Origin: Octopus vulgaris
Taxonomy: Eukaryota
NCBI GenBank assembly: GCA_951406725.2
Contig: OX597823.1
Span: 16,182,001-16,246,000, forward strand
Direction: 5' to 3'
DNA: 64,000 bases
Of the stretch, positions 1-12,594 are shown piece by piece. Position 1 is the first letter of the stretch; every line of letters starts with the position of its first letter. Made by a program: the position numbers and the translations under genes. Below the pieces are notes generated by a model. That model did not search any database. It was given only the letters and a program-made list of their open reading frames with translations, and was not told where the DNA came from.

Positions 1-1542
1 ATCTTCCCACCCTCCTCCTGACTGCCATCCCTTCATCAGACTGCATCTTCATTATCCAGTTCACTTCACTCTGACCCTTCATCCTTCTCTTAGATCCACC
101 TCACCCTCACCTACCCAATACACTTTAACTTCATCATTATACTGGTCCCGCTGTACTTCCAACCAGTACACTCTCTCTTGAATTACCTCTATTGACATCC
201 AACATCTATTCTTGCCTTTATCACACTAATTGCCTTCACACCTCTAGGGTGCTCTCCAGCCTTCCAATCTCTCACTGACCTCTTATGACAAACTACCCAC
301 CCGAGATGCTTTCTCTGCATTCACACTGCTCTCCCATCCACACATTTCTATGGCTCCTTCCAGCCTCTCTTTTTCATTATTCTCACTACACTTACCCAAT
401 ACTACACTCAGCCTCATTTTTTTCTTCTCTCACTGTCCTCTAACCACAGCATCTCTACCTTCTCATTTCTCCCTCTCTTACCTTTAATGACTCTCTCAAG
501 ATTCCTTACCTCCCCTCACCTATTTTCCTTTCTTTATCCCCTTTTCCTCACATCTTGTCAATATCCACCTTTATAATGTAGAATAGCCCTGGATCTTCTC
601 CTCTACACAAACTACCTTATAACCTTTCTACTGTCCCTCTCATTTTCAATAACCCATGACAGTAATCTTTTCCCTTCCCCCTGTATTACACCCTCCCCAA
701 TAGTATGTATTCTGTTATTCTCTCACAACTATAAATCTATTCCTATCATCTGACTTTATTCCCTATCATCAACCCCCACCTAGAAATGTTGCATCCTATC
801 TCTTCTAGTCTCTTTCAGTTATGGAGAGGGGGCACTTTAGACCAATACTCTTGCAAGCTGCAAAGCAATCTAATATTAGTGTCACAAAAAAAGCACCCAG
901 TACACTCTGTAAAACAGATGGCATTAGGAAGGGCATTCAACTGTAGAATCATGCCAAAACAGACAATGGAGCACAAGAGTGTTTCCATTCATCAAATCCT
1001 GTCAAATCATTTAATACAAGCCAGCAAGGAAGATGCATAGATGATGATGACAGAAGGGATTTATATGCTTTTTAATTTCAATTTCTGCAGGTTCAGCTAC
1101 TGAGGGATTTTCTACATGGTTACTTGATCTGGCAGAAATAGCAGCCAATTCTTTTTCAAATAACATCCTACCATCTTAAATAAGGAAAATACCTATTAGA
1201 TAATTTAATCATACATAGCCCTAAAAATGAAACAACCACAGTTGGAATGTTTTTGATTATAAACCTATTGAATCATAATTGACCTTCAGCTAAACATCTT
1301 CTGCATGCTACAAAGACCAATGTTTACTGGGGTTAGTGGGGAAGGTAACAAGGAGCTTTTTATTAATTCAAAATACACCATTAAATATTTCATTATGAAG
1401 CATAAACTAATGAAGAATCTATGCAGTCAATTGACATGCAGGAAATAACAACCGAATCTTCCTCAAATTACACTTTGCCATTTTAAAAATAGGGCACATT
1501 GGACAACATTATTCTCTCTCTCTCTATATATATATATATAAA

Positions 1543-1740
1543 GTTAATCCAAACAAGAAAGCACAAAAAAACACAACAATGCGAGGACGTGGAACAAATA
1601 TAGTATTATTGGACGCTCAGGAAAGGAGGGTTTAACGTTTCGAGCGGAGCTCTTCGTCGGAAACATAGGAGAAGGAAAGATCCAGAGATGGGAAGACAGA
1701 GGGAAAAAAAAAATCGCCAACACTACACACACGGTCACAT
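1543..1740 (-). mobile_element. Short Penelope-like (pLTR-type) element, family H1, with hammerhead motif
   Basis: Flanked by (TA)n; highly similar to 32863-33063. Minus strand 1630-1664 reads gttt-CCGACGA-A-GAGC-tcc-GCTC-GAAAC-GTT-aaac. Confidence 0.65.
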
Positions 1741-2409
1741 ATATATAAACAAGGTGGTTATGGTTGACTTAAAGATAGTCTACACTAGCATGACAGAGAA
1801 ACCTGATTGTAGCAGTAATTAACTTAATTCTTACATACATAAATACCTGCATTCTATTATGTGTCAGACATCAGATACAACAATAGAGGAAATAGAGTGA
1901 GAGTAGGTACACCAGCTTGACTAGATTGGCTGAAAGTATCAATGATTAATGTTCAGGTGGAGCACCAAAGTACATGGGCCTAACTTAAGGATAATCAACA
2001 GCATCACTATGAAGCAGATTATATGCAAACTTTGGTTATGATGGTTAAAAAATACCACCATGTGCATAGAAAAGAAACCTAAAGAAAAACTTGTTACAAA
2101 GGTTATACCCCTTCCCTACAAATTTATAGTGTGTGCCAATGTTGGAAATGTTTCTTATAGAAGAGAATTGGACTTAATGCCTTGCAGCATTTAATTACAT
2201 TCCTTTATGTTTTGAGTTCAATTCCTGCCAAGACCAACTTTACCTTTCATTTTTTTTTTTCAGGATTAATAAAATCAACTTCACTCTTGTGAACATAAGG
2301 TCTTTCCAGTATAGTTTTCCCAACCAGACATTAATTATTAATGAAATTAGAAATATAATGCAATACTATTTCCAAAAGTATTTCTGGATATTTTCAGTCA
2401 AGTACATTA

Positions 2410-3607
2410 AGAAAATTCCAAACGAGATTTACTTTCCAACATAATGTCCTTGCAGTCCACAAACTTCTTCCATTGGTATTGCAGTGCTTGGATCCCACTG
2501 ATGAAGCTTCATCCAGATGGCCAAAAAGGTCATCAGCAGCAGATATGACATCTTAATAAGTGCAATACTGACTCCCAGCAATTATTTTTTCCTGTTGGGG
2601 AACAGATGATAACCAGGTGGAGCCAAATAAGGAGAATGGGGAAGGTGAGCAACCAGTTCAAAGCCACAGTCATTGAACATAAGGACTTGAGTACTGGAGC
2701 ATTGTCCTGATGAAACATGACCCCTTTCATCAATTTTCCTGAACATTTGGTCTTGATAGCCTCTCATAATTGCCTCAGCAAGTTGGCATACTACTCTCTT
2801 GTGATGATGTAGCCTTTCTGAAAATAAATCAACAAACGCAATACCTTTTGCATCCCAAAAACTGAGGCCCATCACCTTCTCTGCAAATGAAATGATCTTG
2901 GCCTTCTTTGGAGCAGGTGAGGAGGCGTTTTGACTGCATAGATTGTCTCTGGCTCAAAGTGATGAACTCAACACTCATCCTGAGTTAGGAAACATTCAAG
3001 AGAACCAGCTGGATCTTCCTGAAACAATGTCAGATTTTCTCATGATGCAATCAATCAGGTGCGCTTTTGATCAGGTGTGAGATGAAATGGTACCCACTGA
3101 GCAGAAACCTTCATCATGCCAAGTTCATCCTGCAGAATATTCTCAACTCTCGTGGGATATGCTAATAGCATTGGCTATTTGATTTATAGTTGATTACCAT
3201 AGGTGAACATATCAAGGTTTTCCTCAGTGGTGGCAGTTGAAGGACGTCAGACTTTGGGTTATTTTCAAGACTTCCCTTCCTCTCCTAAATTCAGTTGCCC
3301 ACTTTGCAATGTTGATAAAATTGAAATGTCATCCCCTAATATAGCAACCATATCAGCACAAATGTACTTGGGGACTAAACCCTTTTGGCAGGTACTTGAT
3401 AATGCCACAATGCTAAATTTTGTCCATTTCAAGAGAAATTACAAGTTACACTTGAAGTCTTCTTTGAACAGTCAGAAGTTAGTTTACTTGAAAAGGAGCA
3501 ATGCAATTACAAATTTAAAAAATCTGAAATTAATGCATGCAAGATTCCACAGCTCTAGCATCACTCCTCCATAGTCAGCCTGTGAACTTTTTCAGCCCCA
3601 CCCCTCG
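2410..3607 (-). mobile_element. Degenerate mariner (DD34D) transposon in MOB4 intron 1
   Basis: Frameshifted pieces SFWDAKGIAFVD, GVMFHQDNAP and HLPHSPYLAPPGYHLFPN (YSPDLAP motif); terminus ...ttcagccccacccctcg followed by TA. Confidence 0.85.
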
Positions 3608-3807
3608 TAGATGCAGATATGGATGCATCGTTAAGAATCTCGTTTAACAACACGTGGTTCTGAGTTTAGTCCCTCTGTACATTATCGGGTCAACCAATAT
3701 TATACAATGTAGTAGACTGAAACTGTGTGGAAGCTAGTCATTCATGTGCGTGTGTGGTTGTGTATCTGTGTGCGTATATGTGTCCGTTTTCAAGAGAGGT
3801 TCGCTAC

Positions 3808-3952
3808 TAGTTACTTTTGAAGTCTTCTTTAAACAGTCAGATGTCAGTTTACCTGTAAAGAAACAGAATAGCTGAAATTAATGCAGACAAGATTTCGCAG
3901 CGCTAGCATCGCTCCTTCATAGTCGACCTATGAACTTTTCAGCCCACTCTCG
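3808..3952 (-). mobile_element. Second copy of the same mariner 5' end
   Basis: Direct homology to about 3445-3607 (gaagtcttcttt...gaacttttcagccc..ctcg TA). Confidence 0.7.
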
Positions 3953-4494
3953 TATATAGAGACTGATACTAAAGCAATTACTGGGGACAAAAGTAAACAA
4001 AAATAATTCCGTGGTAGATGAAATTTTGACAAGCGAGCTGATAAAATTGGAAATTCCGAGGCACGGTGTCGTACAAGGATAGATTCTTCCTGCAATCCTT
4101 TCCGGGTGATAGATCAAAAATAAATAACCAATATACAGACATTTTTCTGTTATAATTCCATTCACATCTAAGATGTCTTCGTTATAGGAAGGGAGGTACT
4201 AAACTTCGTTTCATGCCTTCTGTACATTATTCAGTATTAACTAACTCCCTAACTGCCCCCAAATTTGTGGGAGGGGCAGAGTTAATTATAATTAGATCTT
4301 GTAGTTGATGAGCACTTTATGTTATTGACTCCGGAACGATAAAAACTAAAGCCGACCTCTGTGGGGTTTAAGCCGAAAAGATCGTATCTAAATAAATACC
4401 TGGAAGTGTTCTGTTTCTGTTCTTAGTTACGTAAACTATGATTTCAATCTGTATATACATCTGTATATATATATATAAAAGATCTGTATATACA

Positions 4495-4545
<51 letters not shown>

Positions 4546-5175
4546 AGTTCCTTGGGTTTGTGTCTATGTTTTCGTTTCTCATTGTGTTCGACGTCTTTTT
4601 TGGTGTCCTGTACTCATATATGCGTGTATATATACATGTAGAGGTTGGTACGTACATATATGTATATATATATATGCATATATATATATATAAAAAGAAA
4701 AAGAAAAAATTTGCTTTATAAAGGAAGCGAATAAAAACAAATGCGAAGATCTAGCTGGATCTTGCTTGAACAGGCAAAAACAGTTGTCAAAGACAGACAT
4801 TAAAAAAATTCTAACGTTGTTGTTGTTAAGACACAGGTCAACTCTTGACAGATCTGATGGTCAAATGCATTCCACTGGTGATGACCATTTCGTTTTCGTT
4901 TCAGGAATAGCATATATACGAGACTACATTACTCAATTTTCTTCTTCTTTAAAGCACCAGGATATGATTTGAAAGAATGGAATGAATTTGGTAGCTATTT
5001 CTAGCAGACCGACCGAGCGATCGCTTCTGTAAAGAAGTCGGGGGAAGGAAAAAAAAGGCGTAAACCTGTTCCCTTACATAAAAAGAAGGGGTTATCAAAA
5101 TAAGACGAATCGACAGAATTACAAGAGAGAAAGACGGATGTTAGGATTGTTAGTGTTTGTTTTGTTGTTAAATAC

Positions 5176-5235
5176 CTCAAATTTTGTGCCAGGTCGATTG
5201 CGACGAACAACTGCCGGAGTATCAGCCATTTTCAT
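5176..5235 (-). CDS. MOB4: MOB4 / phocein (MOB family, STRIPAK subunit), coding exon 1
   Basis: Minus strand reads ATG AAA ATG GCT GAT...TTT GAG|GTATTT = [20 protein letters not shown] then a GT donor. Matches the recalled MOB4 N-terminus (human [20 protein letters not shown], fly [20 protein letters not shown]); 60 nt, phase 0. Exon 2 (DFxNWPDE...) not seen in 1-5175. Confidence 0.93.
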
Positions 5236-5462
5236 GATTGAAAGATTTTTATTTCAGTTGTTGAATATAAAGATGTCGCTGCTGTCGTCTTACTTGAGTC
5301 GTGACTAAGTAAACGATAGCAGCGACCTCATACAACATCAACGAGGGGGAGTTAACTCTGAGATATACTGTTTTCATACTTTTCGGTTCTTTTCTCTATC
5401 TGTTTTTCTTTTTCTTTTTTATTTTTTGAGACCAGATTCTATTAATCTTCTACTATTAAGAA

Positions 5463-5857
5463 CTAGCAGTATCGCCCGGCGTTGCTCGGGTTTGTAAGGG
5501 AAATAACTATATAAGCATTTTTAGAGTTGTAAAGTATAATAGCCATCTCAATATGGCTAACCACAAAGGGGGGTGTTACTGTAGGTTTTACGTTCTGAGA
5601 TTTAATAATAAATTTTTAGAGAGTTACTTCCCTTATATAATAGCAAAAAAATGCATTAAAAAATGGGAAAAAATGATGGTAAATTCTTTTTTTAATCGTA
5701 GACTCATCGTAGACGCGCGCTAATACCCAGAAGGGCTCGATATGAATCACGACTATAAGATACCCGGTTTTGGTTAAACTGCACCGCAAAATGTGGGAGT
5801 AGTTAGGAATCTAAATCGTAGGAGACAGACATACAACTTCCCTTTTATATATAAAGA
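5463..5857 (-). mobile_element. Non-autonomous Helitron
   Basis: Minus strand begins TC, ends with hairpin cccgagcaacgccggg and CTAG, inserted between A and T; homologous to 26229-26608 and 39015-39527. Confidence 0.85.
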
Positions 5858-6159
5858 TTAATTAGACTGACATGTAGGACGTCTTATTGGAATATAAATC
5901 AACTTCAGTACAAACTGGTACTTTATTTACCTACTTCTGAAGGGTGAAAGGCGAAGTTGACTTGTCTTTTATTAGTAAGAAAATTGATTTCTAATTTTGG
6001 CACAGATCCTTCGATTTAGTAATAAAAAAATCATTTGTAACAGAGTTTATTTGTCCCGATCCCGTACTTGATGACTACTTTATTTTATTAAGCTCTGAAC
6101 GATGAAGATCGAAGTTGACCTCTGTGGGATTTGAGCGCAAAAGGCTGTAACTAAATACC

Positions 6160-6390
6160 TATTTCTTTATTACCCACAAGGGGCTAAACATAGAGGGGAC
6201 AAACAAGGACAGACATAGGTATTAAGTCGATTACACCGACCACAGTGTGTAACTGGTACTTAATTTATCGACCCCGAAAGGATGAAAGGCAAAGTCGACC
6301 TCGGCGGAATTTGAACTCAGAACGTAGCAGCAGACGAAATACCGTTAAGCATTTCGCCCGGCACGCTAACGTTTCTGCCAGCTCGCCGCC
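6160..6390 (-). mobile_element. SINE family B (head GGCGGCGAGCTGGCAGAAAC, core GCCTTTCATCCTTTCGGGGTCGATAAATTAAGTACC)
   Basis: Highly similar copies at 14853, 20227, 34631 and 58300; A/B-box-like head (GAGTTCAAATTCC). Confidence 0.85.
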
Positions 6391-6907
6391 TGATGGTATT
6401 TCGTTCCAATTCTTACCAAAAAATATCACATTTTATTCCCTTTTACGTTGACTTTGTATGTTCATTCGAAAACAATGTTAGCAAGGTAGTTTTGAGATAA
6501 CTGAGGAGGAAGGGGCCTTATTCAAAGAGTGAAAGACAGCGAACATTTATTTTTGGCCTTTTTTTTTTTCCGTGATCTTTGAGATTGGTGAGAAAATGGA
6601 AGTTCTCTTTTCTTATCTGCAGGCAGAGACCTGTTCTGAATATTGGCTAAAGAACACATCTAAAGATAACTAAGTACCCGGTAGTAATGTCAAACGAGAC
6701 TGTGAAAGTTCCAATGAATTTTAAATTCTACAAAATAGTGAATTATTCCTTCCTGATCCACAGCAGGCATTTTCAGGGGAAAAGTCGTAAGGTATGACTT
6801 GTAGGTGTAACTTTTTTTTTCCCCTGGCGTCCCTGCAACAGCTGGTCATTAAAACTGTTGACAGTAACCTTCTTGGACGCGTTGCGAGGTTGCTTTGTTA
6901 TCATTGT

Positions 6908-7406
6908 TGTGGGGTTGCTTGCTGGTGTGTGTTGTATTGTTGAAGACCATCGTCGTATGATATAGTTGACTCGAACTTTTAACTTTTAACATATTGATTG
7001 CTGAATATGATTTACTGCATTGACTATCTACGAGAGAATCATGCTGATAATATAACTGCCAGTTAGGAGGAGAGAACTGCGCTGTGTCTTGTAGAAGGCT
7101 CGGTGGCCTGTCCGAGAACCCGAAGTGGTCTGGTCTTAACGGTCTATCTTCTGTAAGTGTCCAAGGTGGTGTAGGCGAATGCTCGAGGCCATTTGATCAT
7201 AGCCGTCTGGCGAGGTTGTCTGGCTGAGTTAGGTGCCATACGGTTTTCATAGTGTGAAAGGAGATGACTTTTAGATCATTCGAAGAGCCATATCACGCCA
7301 CTGCTTCACGCTGACTGGTCGATTTATAGATCAATCACGTAAAACTGTGGTGGCTTACTTGTGATCCCTAAGTGGATATCTTGCGGTTCGGGTTCGAATC
7401 CCTACA
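6908..7406 (-). mobile_element. Possible solo LTR
   Basis: Minus-strand termini TGTAGGG...CCCCACA, TATAAA-like box, higher GC than flanks; no matching TSD. Confidence 0.35.
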
Positions 7407-7559
7407 GATGGGAGTATAATTCTAACGTACAGTCATTTATGTGTTAGGTAATAAGGTTGCAGGTTAAAGAATACCTTCTATATAAATTCGTCTACTGTCT
7501 AAACCATTGTGTTTATAAGGAGCTACGTCAATGGGGCACTTTTTATGGGAAGGAAATCT

Positions 7560-8400
7560 TCACTCGCAAACTTTTTACAAACTAACCAAATCTCAAAAAT
7601 GGTGGACATTTATGCTTTTAGATGGTTTGAAGATTTTAACTTTTATCCAAAGCGATGACGATTTAAGGCAAGCACGTATTTATTCGGCTTTTGTTCCTTT
7701 TGGGATTACTGACAACGTCTGACGGAAGTCATCAGGCAACACCATCTCAAATTTATTGTTATACACCAAAAAATGTGTTGTCTCGTGTTTCCGGGCTCTT
7801 TTTTATGCCATTCTGCAATCATCCTAGACAATCATTTGTCTGCTTCCCAAATTATTGGTAATGAGAAAGCATTCGTCAATTGTGCATGAGTTCAAAAGAA
7901 GATTGAAAGCAGAAGGTGTTGTACGGCTTTCAGGGAAATGTGTGGTGGCAGCACATGAAGGAGCAATTGTAATATCATGCCTTTATCTTGTTTGATGTTG
8001 GCAAGCAATATAGACAAGGAATAATTTCCCTGTTCTGCCAAGCAATATACTAACAAGCAATGACTTCCCTGTTCTGCACATTCCTGCTTCTCGTTGCTGA
8101 ACCCTGAGTAAAATAAAAGAAAAGACTACCCTTTTGTCAGTAGTGAGTTTAAGTTCACTGTCATTGATATATGATTTTAATATAAAACACGTTATGACAC
8201 CGCAAAATTTATGTTGACCACAGTCGAACCAAAGGTCTCATTATATATTTGACAGTGTCGTCTTTGCAGTTCAGAATTATGCTTCTTTTGCTATGGTTGT
8301 CCACGTATTATCGAAGCAAAATTATTGTATTCAGATTCATTGAAGTGAAGTGTATATTAATCTCCAGAAGACCTCTTCTTTTTAGCTTTGAAGCTCCAAG
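7560..8400 (-). mobile_element. Helitron RepHel (PIF1 helicase) pseudogene fragment
   Basis: Minus translation MVLPDDFRQTLSVIPKGTKAE*IRACLKSSSLW resembles the PIF1 GDFRQTLPVIPxG...ACLKSSxLW motif; upstream remnants of the GRTAHSAFKLPLN and IVWDEC motifs; many stops. Confidence 0.75.
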
Positions 8401-9125
8401 GTGGATTCGGACATCAATATATACCTGAAACTTGTGACAGCTATTCTTAGCAAGGACCGTTTCTTTCCATTTCTTAATCATTCTCTATTCCCTTAATTAT
8501 TTTAGCTTCTCGTTATTATTGCTCGGTCTACATTTCAGCAACTTCTTTCACTCAGTCTAACACAGAATATCCACATTTGCAAAATGACAAGCATCGTCTT
8601 TATATTTAGAATCATTTTTTTTTTACTTTCTTTTAAACTTGTAATTACGTCTTATTTATGAGAAGTGAATTGCTAATAAAAGAGAAAACTACATTTAGTC
8701 TCGGCTGTAATTTAAACGTGCCCCCACAAAATTTGATTTCTTGCTTAAATTTAATGAAATGAAGGAAAATAAGGCCTGAAGAGCAGGCGAGGAGAAGTAA
8801 GAGGTGGTTACTGTATGAGAGAGTGTATGGTATGAGAAGTCAATAAGGTCAGAATATCGGAAACAAAGAGGGATAGGCAGAGGACGTAACAGAGAAAACC
8901 AAAAGGAAGTAAGGTAGGTGAAAGAAGTGTAGATAGAAGGAGGGTTAGAGAGGAATGAAAGATAATGAAAGAGGGATAAACGAAAGAGGAAAACTAGAAG
9001 CTGCTAAGTATTCAATGCTAAGTAAGAAGCAGAAAAATAGAACATGGTGATTCGGCTCGGTGATAGCAGTAGACAAGGCATTGATAGCTTCATACAAAAA
9101 AAAAAGAGGGGAGAAGACGGACACG

Positions 9126-9174
<49 letters not shown>

Positions 9175-9213
9175 TCACACACACACACACATACATACTG
9201 ACACATTCCTATA

Positions 9214-9403
9214 TACTCTTTTACTTGTTTCAGTCATTTGACTGCGGCCATGCTGGAGCACCGCCTTTAGTCGAGCAAATCGACCCCAGACTGTTATTCT
9301 TTGGAAGCCTAGTACTTATTCTATCGGTCTCATTTGCCGAACCGCTACGTTACGGGGACGTAAACACACCACGATCGGTTGTCAAGCGGCGATGTCTGGG
9401 GTC

Positions 9404-9463
<60 letters not shown>

Positions 9464-9475
9464 TACATACATACA

Positions 9476-9534
<59 letters not shown>

Positions 9535-9692
9535 GACGGGCTTCGTTCAGTTTCCGTCTACCAAATCCACTCACAAGGCTTTGGTGGTCCCGAGGGTATA
9601 GTAGAAGACACTTGCCCAAGGTGCCACGCAGTAGGAATGAACCCGGAACCATGTGGTTGGTAAGCAAGCTGCTAACCACACAGCCACTCCTG

Positions 9693-9694
<2 letters not shown>
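9214..9694 (-). mobile_element. SINE family A (tRNA-like head, internal TA/CA microsatellite)
   Basis: Head GGAGTGGCTGTGTGGT...GGTTCCGGGTTCA, tail ...CATGGCCGCAGTCAAATGACTGAAACAAGTAAAAGAG; many copies in the window. Confidence 0.85.
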
Positions 9695-9748
<54 letters not shown>

Positions 9749-9751
9749 CCT

Positions 9752-10069
9752 GGCTCTCCGTCGGTTACGACGAGGAGTGCTCCAGTTGATACGATCCACG
9801 GAACTGCCTGTTCGTGAAATTTACGTGCTAGTGGCTGAGCACTCCACAGACACATATGCCCTTAACGTAGTTCTAATGGAGATTCAGTGTGACACAGAGT
9901 GTGACATGATTGGCCCTTTGAATTACAGGTTCAGCTCATTTTTGCCAGCTGAGTGGACTGGAGCAATGAGAAATAAAGTGTCTTGCTCTAGGACAGAAAG
10001 CGCCACCGAGAACCGAACTCACAACCTTACGATCATAGCCGAATGCTGTAGCCACTAAGTCTCACGCCT
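9752..10069 (-). mobile_element. SINE family D (tRNA head)
   Basis: 3' part homologous to 36195-36568; tRNA-like head near 10000-10069. Confidence 0.7.
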
Positions 10070-10683
10070 TCACACATGCATGCATCCATCCATCCATCCA
10101 TACATACATACACACATACATACATACATACGAACACACACATGCACAGAGGCACATAATACATGCATACATACATACATACATACATACATACATACAT
10201 ACATACATACATACATACATACGCTAACACACCACACACACACTCACATACACACACTCAAACACATAAGAAAATTGCATGACCTCCGTCGTTCGACAAT
10301 GAAGATTCAGTTCTTTGATTAAGTCAATCGGCAAGACTTCTACCCGTCCCCACCCCCAAAAAAACCACCATTTTAAAAACTTTTTTTTTCAACACAAACC
10401 CCACTTTTCGGCTACGGGGAATACGAATCTACAAAAAATTGACAAAAATCGACATTACTACATTACCACCCACTCCCACCCCCCATTTCCTTCATTTTTA
10501 ACTTTTTTCACAATTTTTTTTTCTAAATACGCGGAAAATATAGAGATTATGATTCTGAAAAAAATTTCCAAAAATGTTTGTAAAATTTTTTTAAAGAATT
10601 TTTTTTTATAAATATGCGGAAATATACGGACATCATGATTCGGACAAAAATTTCAAAACATTTCTGTACTTACGATTATGGTT

Positions 10684-10830
10684 TTAGGGTTAGAGTTAGG
10701 GTTAGGGTTAGGGGTAGGGTTAGGGTTAGGGTTAGGGTTTTAGGGTTAGGGTTAGAGTTTTAGGGTTATGGCTAGGGTTTTACGGTTAGGGTTAGGGTTT
10801 TATGGTTAGTGTTAGAGTTTCAGGATTAGT
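10684..10830 (+). repeat. Interstitial degenerate (TTAGGG)n array
   Basis: Roughly 20 perfect and variant TTAGGG units (ttaggg, ttagag, tttaggg). Confidence 0.9.
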
Positions 10831-10919
10831 GTTGGGGGGGAAAAAGTCAAAGTTGAAGTTTGGGGGAAAGGGGGGATTTTACTATGCCAATTTTTTGGCA
10901 ATTTTCCGGAACCTCCGTT

Positions 10920-11688
10920 ACAAAATTACAAAAATAAACAAAGCGACAGGACAAGTACAAGAAAATGACAGAGGAGATTCAAAGCGCCGATAACAATATC
11001 TTCATCTGGTCGAGTGAAAAGATATTCGCTGTGGAGACTGTAGCGAACACCCAGAATGACAGGATTTTGGCCATGAGATCGGATACCCTTCTCGAAGGCG
11101 CCCGTAAGGTGTTTCGCTGAATGAAACCCGCGGAAGTGATGGTTTGAGCGGCAGAGTCATCCGATGGTAGAAAATCTCTTTTGGTGTTCATTAAAGAGGG
11201 GACGAAGGTCAATTCGGCAATTTACATGAAAATGTTGAAGATAATGTTTTGCCATAGTTGCGTTTTCACGAAAGACGGCGCTCCTTTTCATACGTCCACT
11301 GTGACACAGCAGCGGTGCAAGAACCATTCCAACGGACTCTGGGACAAGAATGTGTGTACCCCACCCCTTCAGACCAGACGTCAACCCTATGGACTTCGCT
11401 ATTTGATCCATTCAAGAAAGTGACGTTTCGAAAGTTTCTTACAAAAATATGACCACTTTGATGTAAGCCTTAGTCGCGTCATGGGATCGCTTAAGTGAAA
11501 AAGTTGTCCGGCGTTCGTGTGGCCCTGTTCTCGGCAGTCTCCGGGCGATTGTGAAAGCTAAAGGCTGACATATTGCATGAAACGTATCTTAATATGTTAC
11601 ATGACTATATTTAATTAAATCCTGAAGAAGTCATATATTTTCAAGCCCTTTTCTAAAAATTATCAGGAATTATTTACGATGCACCCTG
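10920..11688 (+). mobile_element. maT/DD37D (Bmmar1-like) Tc1/mariner remnant, 3' half
   Basis: FIWSSEKIFAVETVANTQNDRIL, LVFIKEGTKVNSAIY, FTKDGAPFHTS; ends gatgcaccctg followed by TA. Confidence 0.8.
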
Positions 11689-11699
11689 TAAATTAGAGG

Positions 11700-11946
11700 G
11701 ATCTTTTCTGTTTACCTCACACTTTTTGATTCAAATTGATTTCAAATTGATTTCGACGCAAAATGATTTCAAATTTGGTATATTGTTGTAGTTCCGTAAG
11801 CTAAGTTTTGTAATTATGACGTGAAAATTAGCTAATTACGGCGTGAAAGATTAGCTAATCATGGCGTGAAAAATTAGCTAATTATGGCGTGAAAAATTAC
11901 ATTAATATACCAAATTTCAAAAAGTGTGAGCCCAACAGGAAAGATC
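11700..11946. mobile_element. MITE with ~30-bp imperfect TIRs and internal ~22-bp tandem repeat
   Basis: gatcttttctgtttacctcacactttttga ... tcaaaaagtgtgagcccaacaggaaagatc; about 4 copies of gcgtgaaaaattagctaattatg. Confidence 0.7.
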
Positions 11947-12485
11947 TGAACTTTAATATTTGATAAACACATCTTCTATTTGAGTAACACTACGCTGGGT
12001 GTTAACACTCTTCACTGTCAACTATTTTACTTTCGTTACTTAACAGTTTCAGTTTGCAGCAAAGAAGTATTTTCATTTCAAATCCCGGAAATCACCAGTA
12101 AATGACAAAGTAAATACTTTCACTTTCGCTTGACCCTGGACACGAAGAAGCGTCGAAACGTTTTATTTTTAAACATTCTAACGCCATTTACCCTTCTACA
12201 TACCATAGAAGATAGTTACCACCAATGTTTAGTATATTAAACATTTTTTTTTAAAACGGTGTTGAATAGAATGAACCCGAAAGTATATAGTTATGTAATG
12301 ACATTCTTAACAATACAGCCGCAACTGCGCTTATATTAAATTATACATTTTAAATAAGTTTCAACTTCTTCGCTTTCATCAGACAGTTTCATGAAAGCGA
12401 ACAAGCCGCAACTTCGAAGTCACTGTCAATCTTTTACTTGTAAAAGTCAATAAATATGTACTCTACTGTAGCGTACTCTTAGTGA

Positions 12486-12572
<87 letters not shown>

Positions 12573-12594
12573 ATATATAACATAAATACAGACG

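Noticed and set aside
3917-4165. 82-aa minus ORF as a MOB4 exon or membrane protein
   Set aside because: No MOB4 similarity; it runs into a mariner end, and the plus strand has only a faint RT-like GVVQG*ILP remnant.
7385-7406. GGTTCGAATCC B-box suggesting a tRNA
   Set aside because: No cloverleaf or properly spaced A-box; more likely the end of an LTR-like element.
9060-10058. 332-aa ORF and similar YIYI/HTHT/ERER ORFs throughout
   Set aside because: Translations of microsatellites and SINEs; open only because the repeats lack stop codons.
10684-10830. True chromosome end
   Set aside because: Short, degenerate and flanked by ordinary repeats on both sides.
11815-11900. CRISPR-like array
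   Set aside because: Tandem units without unique spacers, inside a eukaryotic MITE; no cas genes.
12130-12165. gac...gtcGAAACGTT hammerhead-like end
   Set aside because: No CUGANGA core upstream; too degenerate to call.
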